Assembly: GCF_006345805.1 (NCBI RefSeq)
Contig: NC_043002.1
Coordinates: forward strand, 24,800,001-24,864,000
DNA: 64,000 nt
Direction of reading: 5' to 3'
Source: Octopus sinensis
Lineage: Eukaryota
The translations under genes were made by a program, and so were the position numbers. Numbering within the stretch: the stretch's first letter is position 1; the number at the start of each line of letters is the position of its first letter. Positions 25,816-37,231 of the stretch are shown here, in pieces. Below the pieces are notes generated by a model. That model did not search any database. It was not told the origin of the DNA and worked only from the letters and a program-made list of their open reading frames with translations.

Positions 25816-26479
25816 AGGTAGACCCAGGAAAACTTGGGACGAGTTGGTGAAGCACGACCTTCGAACTTTAGGCCTCACCGAGGCAATGACCAGCGACCGA
25901 GACCTTTGGAAATATGCTGTGCGTGAGAAGACCAGGCAGGACAAGTGAGTCCAGCCCACTTATGCATGTCTTTCCTCCCTTGGACACACAAAGACCTGTT
26001 GAGGCAAGCGAAGTGGAAATCGAACCTCATCCGACAACAGGCACCTATGCCAACCCCACTTCTCTGCTTACGAAGACCTGTTGGAGCAAGTGAAATCGAA
26101 ATCGGAATCGAAATTGAACCAATCCTATGACTGGCACCCGGCAGTTGCCAGGACCCCTGGACTGGTGGTACGTAAAAAGCACCATCCGAATCGTGGCCGA
26201 TGCCAGTGCCGCCTTGACTGGCTTCTGTGCCAGTGGCACGTAAAATGCACCAATCCGACCGTGGCCGTTGCCAGCCTTGCCTGGCACTTGTGCAGGTGGC
26301 ACGTAAAAAGCATCCACTACGCTCACGGAATGGTTGGCGTTAGGAAGGGCATCCAGCTGTAGAAACACTGCCACATCAGACTGGAGCCTGGTGCAGCCTT
26401 CTGGCTTCCCAGATCCCCGGTTAAATCGTCCAATCCATGCTAGCATGGAGAACGAACGTTAAACGATGATGATGATGAT
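25815..26479 (+). mobile_element. 5'-truncated RTE LINE (ORF end + 3' UTR + (GAT)n tail)
   Basis: GRPRKTWDELVKHDLRTLGLTEAMTSDRDLWKYAVREKT, then the same UTR as 40090-40564. Confidence 0.85.
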
Positions 26480-26522
26480 ATATATATACACATATATATA
26501 AACATGTGTATATATATATATA

Positions 26523-27225
26523 TACATTCCTCATTTATTTCAGGGTATTTCCTTTTCTCCCAAAATTCCCTAAAATGATTTCGGCTTTCAGCTTCTCTCG
26601 CGTTTTTTTTTTCGGCATTTCCTGTTTCATTAAGTTTTTATTTCGAACCACGTCCTGCCGTAGAGAATTCTCCCTCGTGGCGTCTCCTCTCTCTTTCTCT
26701 CTCTCTCCCTCCCCATCTCCGATCTAACACACCAAATCGTCCCCTCCCCCAAACCCCTAATCTCTATATAAACCAGCGTTTGCTCTGTCCTCCTGATCTC
26801 TATATAAACCAGCATTTGCTCTGTCCTTGCCTCTACTCGATTCTCACTGCTTTGCTTCGGATGATAAACTCAGATCTCAGAAATGTGCAGCTTAGATATA
26901 TATTTTGACGCTAACCTTAGTTCATTACCGTTTAAGCGTTGATCTAACCCTAATATCTTCTCCGTATATTATCTATCTCTCTATCTTGTTCCTCTCTCTA
27001 TTTTTATCTCTCTCTATTGTAAATATGATGCTACTAGCTTCCTATTTGTCCTTTTCGATACATTTTCTATATTCCTCATTTATTTCAGGGTATTTCCTTT
27101 CTCCCAAAATTCCCTAGAATGATTTCAGCTTTCAGCTATTCTCGATTTTTTTTTTCGGCATTTCCTGTTTCATTAAGTTTTTATTTCGAACCACGTCCTG
27201 CCATAGAGAATTCGCCCTCGTGGCG

Positions 27226-27261
<36 letters not shown>

Positions 27262-30200
27262 TTCTCTCTCTCTCTCTCTCTCTCTCACTTTCTCTCTCTC
27301 TCTCTCTCTCCCTCCCCATCTCCGATCTAACACACCAAATTGTCCCACCCCCAAATCCCTAATCTCTATATAAACCAGTGTTTGCTCTGTCCTAATTTAA
27401 GCGTTGATCTAACCCTAATATCTTCTCCCTATATTATCTATCTCTCTATCTTCTTCCTCTCTCTATTTTTTATCTCTCTCTATTGTAAACATGATGCCGC
27501 TAGCTTCCTATTTGTCCTTTTCGATACATTTTCTATATTCCTCATTTATTTCAGGGTATTTCCTTTCTCCCAAAATTCTGTAAAATGATTTCGGCTTTCA
27601 GCTTGTATCGCGTTGTTTTTCAGCATTTCCTGTTTCTTTAAGTTTTTATTTCGAACCACGTCCTGCCATAGAGAATTCTCCTTCGTGGCGTCGCCTCTCT
27701 CTCTCTCCCTCCCCATCTCCGATCTAACACACCAAATCGTCCCACCCCCAAACACCTAATCTCTATATAAACCAGCGTTTCCTCTGTCCTCCTAATTTAA
27801 GCGTTGATCTAACACTAATATCTTCTCCGTATATTATCTATCTCTCTATCTTCTTCCTCTGTCTATTTTTTATCTCTCTGTATTGTAAACATGATGCTAC
27901 TAGCTTCCTATTTGTCCTTTTCGATACATTTTCTATATTCCTCATTTATTTCAGGGTATTTCCTTTTCTCCCAAAATTCCCTAGAATGATTTCGGCTTTC
28001 AGCTTTTCTCGATTTTTTTTTCGGCATTTCCTGTTTCATTAAGTTTTTGTTTCGAACCACGTCCTGCCATAGAGAATTCGCTCTAATGGCGTGTCCTCTC
28101 TCTTTCTCTCTCTCCCTCCCCATCTCCGATCTAACACACCAAATCGTCCCCCCTCCAAACCCCTAATCTATATTTAAACCAGCGTTTGCTCTGTCCATGC
28201 CTCTACTCGATTCTCACTGCTTTGCTTCGGATGATAAACTCGGATCTCAGAAATGTGCAGCTAAGATATATGTATTTTGACGCTAACCTTAGTTCATTAC
28301 CGTTTAAGCGTTGATCTAACCCTAATATCTTCTCCCTATATTATCTATTTCTCTATCTTCTTCCTCTCTCTATTTTTTATCTCTCTGTATTGTAAACATG
28401 ATGCCGCTAGGTTCCTATTTGTCCTTTTCGATACATTTTCTATATTCCTCATTTATTTCAGGGTATTTCCTTTTCTCCCAAAATTCCCTAGAATGATTTC
28501 GGCTTTCAGCTTTTCTCGTTTTTTTTTTCGGCATTTCCTGTTTCATTAAGTTTTTATTTCGAACCACGTCCTGCCATAGAGAATTCTCCTTTGTGGCATC
28601 GCCTCTCTCTCTCTCTCTCACTTTCTCTCTCTCTCTCTCCCTCCCCATCTCCGATCTAACACACTAATTCGTCCCACCCCCAAACACCTAATCTCTATAT
28701 AAACCAGCGTTTGCTCTGTCCTAATTTAAGCGTTGATCTAACACTAATATCTTCTCCGTATATTATCTATCTCTCTATCTTCTTCCTCTCTGTATCGTAA
28801 ACATGATGCTACTAGCTTCCTATTTGTCCTTTTCGATACATTTTCTATATTCCTCATTTATTTCAGGGTATTTCCTTTCTCCCAAAATTCCCTAAATTGA
28901 ATTCGGCTTTCACCTTGTCTCGCGTTTTTTTTTTTCGGCATTTCCTGTTTCTTTAAGTTTTTATTTCGAACCACGTCCTGCCAAAGAGAATTCGCCCTCA
29001 TGGCGTGTCCTCTCTCTTTCTCTCTCTCCCTCCCCATCTCCGATCTAACACACCAAATTGTCCCCCCACCGAAACCACTAATCTCTATATAAACCAGCGT
29101 TTCCTCTGTCCTTGCCTCTACTCGATTCTCACTGCTTTGCTTCGGATGATAAACTCGGATCTCAGAAATGTGCAGCTAAGATATATATTTTGACGCTAAC
29201 CTTAGTTCATTGCCGTTTAAGCGTTGATCTAACCCTAATATCTTCTCCGTATATTATCTATCTCTCTATCTTCTTCCTCTCTCTATTTTTTATCTCTCTC
29301 TATTGTAAACATGATACCGCTAGCTTCCTATTTGTCCTTTTCGATACATTTTCTATATTCCTCATTTATTTCAGGGTATTTCCTTTCTCCCAAAATTCCC
29401 TAAATTGAATTCGGCTTTCACCTTGTCTCGCGTTTTTTTTTTTTTCGGCATTTCCTGTTTCTTTAAGTTTTTATTTCGAACCACGTCCTGCCATAGAGAG
29501 TTCGCCCTCATGGCGTGTCCTCTCTCTTTCTCTCTCTCCCTCCCCATCTCCGATCTAACACCCCAAATTTCCCCACCCGAAACCCCCAAATCTCTATATA
29601 AACCAGCATTTGCTCTGTCCTTGCCTCTACTCGATTCTCACTGCTTTGCTTCGGATGATAAACTCGGATCTCAGAAATGTGCTGCTAAGATATATATTTT
29701 GACGCTAACCTTAGTTCATTACCGTTTAAGCGTTGATCTAACCCTAATATCTTCTCCCTATATTATCTATTTCTCTATCTTCTTCCTCTCTCTATTTTTT
29801 ATCTCTCTCTATTGTAAACATGATACCGCTAGCTTCCTATTTGTCCTTTTCGATACATTTTCTATATTCCTCATTTATTTCAGGGTATTTCCTTTTCTCC
29901 CAAAATTCCCTAGAATGATTTCGGATTTCAGCTTTTCTCGATTTTTTTTTCCGGCATTTCCTGTTTCATTAAGTTTTTATTTCAAACCACGTCCTGCCAT
30001 AGAGAATTCTCCCTCATGGCATCTCCTCTCTCTTTCTCTTTCTCTCTCTCCCTCCCCATCTCTGATCTGACACACCAAATCGTCCCCCCCCCCAACCACT
30101 AATCTCTATATAAACCAGCGTTTGCTCTGTCCTTGCCTCTACTCAATTCTCACTGCTTTGCTTCGGATGATAAACTCGGATCTCAGAAATGTGCAGCTAA

Positions 30201-32131
30201 GATATATATTTTGACGCTAACCTTAGTTCATTACCGTTTAAGCGTTGATCTAACCCTAATATCTTCTCCGTATATTATCTATTTTTCTATCTTCTTCCTC
30301 TCTCTATTTTTTATCTCTATGTATTGTAAACATGATGCCGCTAGCTTCCTATTTGTCCTTTTCGATACATTTTCTATAATCCCTATTTATTTCAGGATAT
30401 TTTCTTTCTCCCAAAATTCCCTGAAATGATTTCGGCATTTCTTGTTTCTTTAAGAAAGGACAAATAGGAAGCTAGCGGCATCATGTTTACAATAGAGAGA
30501 GGAAGAAGATAGAGAGATAGATAATATACGGAGAAGATATTAGGGTTAGATCAACGCTTAAACGGTAATGAACTAAGGTTAGCGTCAAAATATATATCTT
30601 AGCTGCACATTTCTGAGATCCGAGTTTATCATCCGAAGCAAAGCAGTGAGAATCGAGTAGAGGCAAGGACAGAGCAAAGGCTGGTTTATATAGAGATTTG
30701 GGAGTTTCGGTTGGGGAAGATTTGGGGTGTTAGATCGGAGATGGGGAGGGAGAGAGAGAGAGAGAAAGAGAGAGGAGACGCCACGAGGGAGAATTCTCTA
30801 TGGCAGGACGTGGTTCGAGATAAAAACTTAAAGAAACAAGAAATGCCGAAATCATTTCAGGGAATTTTGGGAGAAAGAATATACCCTGAAATAAATGAGG
30901 AATATAGAAAATGTATCGAAAAGGGCAAATAGGAAGCTAGCGGCATCATGTTTACAATAGAGAAAGATAAAAAATAGAGAGAGGAAGAAGATAGAGAGAT
31001 AGATAATATACGGAGAAGATATTAGGGTTAGATCAACGCTTAAACGGTAATGAACTAAGGTTAGCGTCAAAATATATATCTTAGCTGCACATTTCTGAGA
31101 TCCGAGTTTATCATCCGAAGCAAAGAAGTGAGAATCGAGTAGAGGCAAGGACAGAGCAAATGCTGGGTTATATAGAGATTAGTGGTTTGGGTGGGGGGGA
31201 AGATTTGGTGTGTTAGATCGGAGATGGGGAGGGAGAGAGAGAAAGAGAGAGGACACGCCATGAGGGCGAATTCTCCATCGCAGGACGTGGTTCGAAATAA
31301 AAACTTAAAGAAACAGGAAATGCCGCAAAAAAAAAAAAACGCGAGACAAGGTGAAAGCCGAATTCAATTTAGGGAATTTTGGGAGAAAGGAAATACCCTG
31401 AAATAAATGAGGAATATAGAAAATGTATATTATCTATTACTCTATCTTCTTCCTGTCTCTATTTTTTATCTCTCTCTATTGTAAACATGATGCCGCTAGC
31501 TTCCTATTTGTCCTTTTCGATACATTTTCTATATTCCTCATTTATTTCAGGGTATTTCCTTTTTTCGCAAAATTCCCTTGAATGATTTCGGCTTTCAGCT
31601 TTTCTCGATTTTTTTTTCGGCATTTCCTGTTTCATTAAGTTTTTATTTCGAACCACGTACTGCCATAGGGAATTCTACTTCGTGGCGTTGCCTCTCTCTC
31701 TCTCTCTCACTTTCTCTCTCTCTCTCTCCCTCCCCGTCTTCGATCTTACACACCAAATCGTCCCACCCCCAAACACCTAATCTCTATATAGACCAGCGTT
31801 TGCTCTGTCCTAATTTAAGCGTTGATCTAACCCTAATATCTTCTCCCTATATTATCTATCTCTCTATCTTCTTCCTCTCTCTATTTTTTATCTCTCTCTA
31901 TTGTAAACATGATGCCGCTAGCTTCCTATTTGTCCTTTTCGATGCATTTTCTATATTCCTCATTTATTTCAGGAATTTCCTTTCTCTCAAAATTCTGTAA
32001 AATGATATCGGCTTTCAGCTTGTATCGCGTTGTTTTTCGGCATTTCCTGTTTCTTTAAGTTTTTATTTCGAAGCACGTCCTGCCATAGAGAATTCTCCTT
32101 CGTGGCGTCGCCTCTCTCTCTCTCTCTCTCA

Positions 32132-32196
<65 letters not shown>

Positions 32197-35100
32197 TCCC
32201 CGTCTCTGATCTAACACACCAAATCGTCCCACCCTCAAACACCTAATCTCTATATAAACCAGCGTTTGCTCTGTCCTCCTAATTTAAGCATTGATCTAAC
32301 CCTAATATCTTCTCCGTATATTATCTATCTCTCTATCTTCTTCCTCTCTCTATTTTTTATCTCTCTGTATTGTAAACATGATGTTGCTAGCTTCCTATTT
32401 GTCCTTTTCGATACATTTTCTATATTCCTAATTTATTTCAGGGTATTTCCTTTTCTCCCAAAATTCCCTAGAATGATTTCGGATTTCAGCTTTTCTCGAT
32501 TTTTTTTTCCGGCATTTCCTGTTTCATTAAGTTTTTATTTCAAACCACGTCCTGCCATAGAGAATTCTCCCTCATGGCATCTCCTCTCTCTTTCTCTTTC
32601 TCTCTCTCCCTCCCCATCTCTGATCTGACACACCAAATCGTCCCCCCCCCCAAACCACTAATCTATATATAAACCAGCGTTTGCTCTGTCCTTGCCTCTA
32701 CTCAATTCTCACTGCTTTGCTTCGGATGATAAACTCGGATCTCAGAAATGTGCAGCTAAGATATATATTTTGACGCTAACCTTAGTTCATTACCGTTTAA
32801 GCGTTGATCTAACCCTAATATCTTCTCCGTATATTATCTATTTCTCTATCTTCTTCCTCTCTCTATTTTTTATCTCTATGTATTGTAAACATGATGCCGC
32901 TAGCTTCCTATTTGTCCTTTTCGATACATTTTCTATAATCCCTATTTATTTCAGGATATTTTCTTTCTCCCAAAATTCCCTGAAATGATTTCGGCATTTC
33001 TTGTTTCTTTAAGAAAGGACAAATAGGAAGCTAGCGGCATCATGTTTACAATAGAGAGAGATAAAAAATAGAGAGAGGAAGAAGATAGAGAGATAGATAA
33101 TATACGGAGAAGATATTAGGGTTAGATCAACGCTTAAACGGTAATGAACTAAGGTTAGCGTCAAAATATATATCTTAGCTGCACATTTCTGAGATCCGAG
33201 TTTATCATCCGAAGCAAATCAGTGAGAATCGAGTAGAGGCAAGGACAGAGCAAATGCTGGGTTATATGGAGATTAGTGGTTTGGGTGGGGGGGAAGATTT
33301 GGTGTGTTAGATCGGAGATGGGGAGGGAGAGAGAGAAAGAGAGAGGACACGCCATGAGGGCGAATTCTCCATCGCAGGACGTGGTTCGAAATAAAAACTT
33401 AAAGAAACAGGAAATGCCGCAAAAAAAAAAAAAACGGGAGACAAGGTGAGAGCCGAATTCAATTTAGGGAATTTTGGGAGAAAGGAAATACCCTGAAATA
33501 AATGAGGAATATAGAAAATGTATATTATCTATTTCTCTATCTTCTTCCTGTCTCTATTTTTTATCTCTCTCTATTGTAAACATGATGCCGCTAGCTTCCT
33601 ATTTGTCCTTTTCGATACATTTTCTATATTCCTCATTTATTTCAGGGTATTTCCTTTTCTCCCAAAATTCCCTAGAATGATTTCGGCTTTCAGCTTTTCT
33701 CGATTTTTTTTTTCGGCATTTCCTGTTTCATTAAGTTTTTATTTCGAACCACGTCCTGCCATAGGGAATTCTACTTCGTGGCGTTGCCTCTCTCTCTCCC
33801 TCCCCGTCTTCGATCTAACACACCAAATCGTCCCACCCCCAAACACCTAATCTCTATATAGACCAGCGTTTGCTCTGTCCTAATTTAAGCGTTGATCTAA
33901 CCCTAATATCTTCTCCCTATATTATCTATCTCTCTATCTTCTTCCTCTCTCTATTTTTTATCTCTCTCTATTGTAAACATGATGCCGCTAGCTTCCTATT
34001 TGTCCTTTTCGATGCATTTTCTGTATTCCTCATTTATTTCAGGGTATTTCCTTTCTCCCAAAATTCTGTAAAATGATATCGGCTTTCAGCTTGTATCGCG
34101 TTGTTTTTCGGCATTTCCTGTTTCTTTAAGTTTTTATTTCGAAGCACGTCCTGCCATAGAGAATACTCCTTCGTGGCGTCGCCTCTCTCTCTCTCTCTCT
34201 CTCTCACTCTCTCTCTCTCTCTCTCTCTCACTCTCTCTCTCTCTCTCCCTCTCTCCTTCCCCATCTCTGATCTAACACACCAAATCGTCCCACCCCCAAA
34301 CACCTAATCTCTATATAAACCAGCGTTTGCTCTGTCCTCCTAATTTAAGCGTTGATCTAACCCTAATATCTTCTCCGTATATTATCTATCTCTCTATCTT
34401 CTTCCTCTCTCTATTTTTTATCTCTCTGTATTGTAAACATGATGCTGCTAGCTTCCTATTTGTCCTTTTCGATACATTTTCTATATTCCTAATTTATTTC
34501 AGGGTATTTCCTTTTCTCCCAAAATTCCCTAGAATGATTTCGGCTTTCAGCTTTTCTCGATTTTTTTTTCCGGCATTTCCTGTTTCATTAAGTTTTTATT
34601 TCAAACCACGTCCTGCCATAGAGAATTCTCCCTCATGGCGTCTCCTCTCTCTTTCTCTCTCTCTCCCTCCCCATCTCCGATCTAACACACCAAATCGTCC
34701 CCCCCCAAACCCCTAATCTCTATATAAACCAGCATTTGCTCTGTCCTCCTAATCTCTATATAAACCAGCATTTGCTCTGTCCTTGCCTCTACTCGATTCT
34801 CACTGCTTTGCTTCGGATGATGAACTTGGATCTCAGAAATGTGCAGCTTAGATATATATTTTGACGCTAACCTTAGTTCATTACCGTTTAAGCGTTGATC
34901 TAACCCTAATATCTTCTCCCTATATTATCTATCTCTCTATCTTCTTCCTCTCTCTATTTTTTATCTCTCTGTATTGTAAACATGATGCTGCTAGCTTCCT
35001 ATTTGTCCTTTTCGATACATTTTCTATATTCCTAATTTATTTCAGGGTATTTCCTTTTTTCGCAAAATTCCCTTGAATGATTTCGGTTTTCAGCTTTTCT

Positions 35101-37230
35101 CGATTTTTTTTTTCGGCATTTCCTGTTTCATTAAGTTTTTATTTCGAACCACGTCCTGCCATAGAGAATTCGCCCTCATGGCGTGTCCTCTCTCTTTCTC
35201 TCTCTCCCTCCCCATCTCCGATCTAACACACCAAATCGTCCCCCCGCCCCAAACCACTAATCTCTATATAAACCAGCGTTTGCTCTGTCCTTGCCTCTAC
35301 TCGATTCTCACTGCTTTGCTTCGGATGATAAACTCGGATCTCAGAAATGTGCAGCTAAGATATATATTTTGACGCTAACCTTAGTTCATTACCGTTTAAG
35401 CGTTGATCTAACTCTAATATCTTCTCCGTATATTATCTATCTCTCTATCTTCTTCCTCTCTCTATTTTTTATCTCTCTGTATTGTGAACATGATGCCGCT
35501 AGCTTCCTACTTGTCCTTTTCGATACATTTTCTATATTCCTCATTTATTTCAGTGTATTTTCTTTCTCCCAAAATTCCCTGAAATGATTTCGGCATTTCT
35601 TGTTTCTTTAAGTTTTTATTTCGAACCACGTCCTGCCATAGAGAATTCTCCCTCGTGGCGTCTCCTCTCTCTTTCTCTCTCTCTCTCTCTCCCTCCCCAT
35701 CTCCGATCTAACACCCCAAATCTTCCCCACCCGAAACCCTCAAATCTCTATATAAACCTGCGTTTGCTCTGTCCTTGCCTCTACTCGATTCTCACTGCTT
35801 TGCTTCGGATGATAAACTCGGATCTCAGAAATTTGCAGCTAAGATATATATTTTGACGCTAACCTTTGTTCATTACTTTTTAAGCGTTGATCTAACCCTA
35901 ATATCTTCTCCGTATATTATCTATCTCTCTATCTTCTTCTTCTCTCTATTTTTTATCTCTTTCTATTGTAAACATGATGCCGCTAGCTTCCTATTTGTCC
36001 TTTTCGATACATTTTCTATATTCTTCATTTATTTCAGGGTATTTTCTTTCTCCCAAAATTCCCTGAAATGATTTCAGCATTTCTTGTTTCTTTAAGTTTT
36101 TATTTCGAACAACGTCCTGCCATAGAGAATTCTCCCTCGTGGTGTCTCCTCTCTCTTTCTCTCTCTCTCCTCCCCATCTCCGATCTAACACACCAAATCT
36201 TCCCCACCCGAAACCCCCAAATCTCTATATAAACCAGCGTTTGCTCTGTCCTTGCCTCTACTCGATTCTCACTGCTTTGCTTTGGATGATAAACTCGGAT
36301 CTCAGAAATGTGCCGCTAAGTTATATATTTTGACACTAACCTTAGTTCATTACCGTTTAAACGTTGATCTAACACCCCAAATCTTCCCCACCCGAGACCC
36401 CCAAATCTCTATATAAACCAGTGTTTGCTCTGTCCTTGCCTCTACTCGATTCTCACTGCTTTGCTTCGGATGATAAACTCGGATCTCAGAAATTTGCAGC
36501 TAAGATATATATTTTGACGCTAACCTTACTTCATTACCGTTTAAGCGTTGATCTAACACTAATATCTTCTCCGTATATTATCTATCTCTCTACCTTCTTC
36601 CTCTCTCTATTTTTTATCTCTCTCTATTGTAAACATGATGCCGCTAGCTTCCTATCTGTCCTTTTCGATACATTTTCTATATTCCTTTTATTTCAGGGTA
36701 TTTGCTTTCTCCCAAAATTCCCTGAAATGATTTCGTCATTTCTTGTTTCTTTAAGTTTTTATTTCGAACCACGTCCTGCCATAGAGAATTCTCCCTCGTG
36801 GCGTCTCTTCTCTCTTTCTCTCTCTCTCTCTCCCTCCCCATCTCCGATCTAACACCCCAAATCTTCCCCACCCGAAACCCCCAAATCTCTATATAAACCA
36901 GCGTTTGCTCTGTCCTTGCCTCTACTCGATTCTCACTGCTTTGCTTCGGATGATAAACTCGGATCTCAGAAATGTGCAGCTAAGATATATATTTTGACGC
37001 TAACCTTAGTTCATTACCGTTTAAGCGTTGATCTAACCCTAATATCTTCTCCGCATATTATCTATCTCTCTATCTTCTTCCTCTCTCTATTTTTTATCTC
37101 TCTCTATTGTAAACATGATGCCGCTAGCTTCCTATTTGTCCTTTTCGATAAATTTTCTATATTCCTCATTTATTTCAGGGTATTTCCTTTTCTCCCCAAA
37201 TTCCCTAAAATGATTTCGGCATTTGCTGTT
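26523..37230. repeat. Tandem satellite, ~480-bp long unit and ~370-bp short unit, containing variable (CT)n; inverted blocks at ~30454-31428 and ~33013-33523
   Basis: More than 20 copies of ...tttcgaaccacgtcctgccatagagaattc...ccgatctaacacaccaaatc...tttaagcgttgatctaaccctaatatcttctcc...; identical ORF translations recur (e.g. 35291 and 35775). Confidence 0.95.
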
Positions 37231-37231
37231 T

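Noticed and set aside
26523-37230. CRISPR-like array or telomeric repeat
   Set aside because: Units are contiguous with no unique spacers, and there are no cas genes. Only isolated ctaaccct-like words occur, not (TTAGGG)n tracts.
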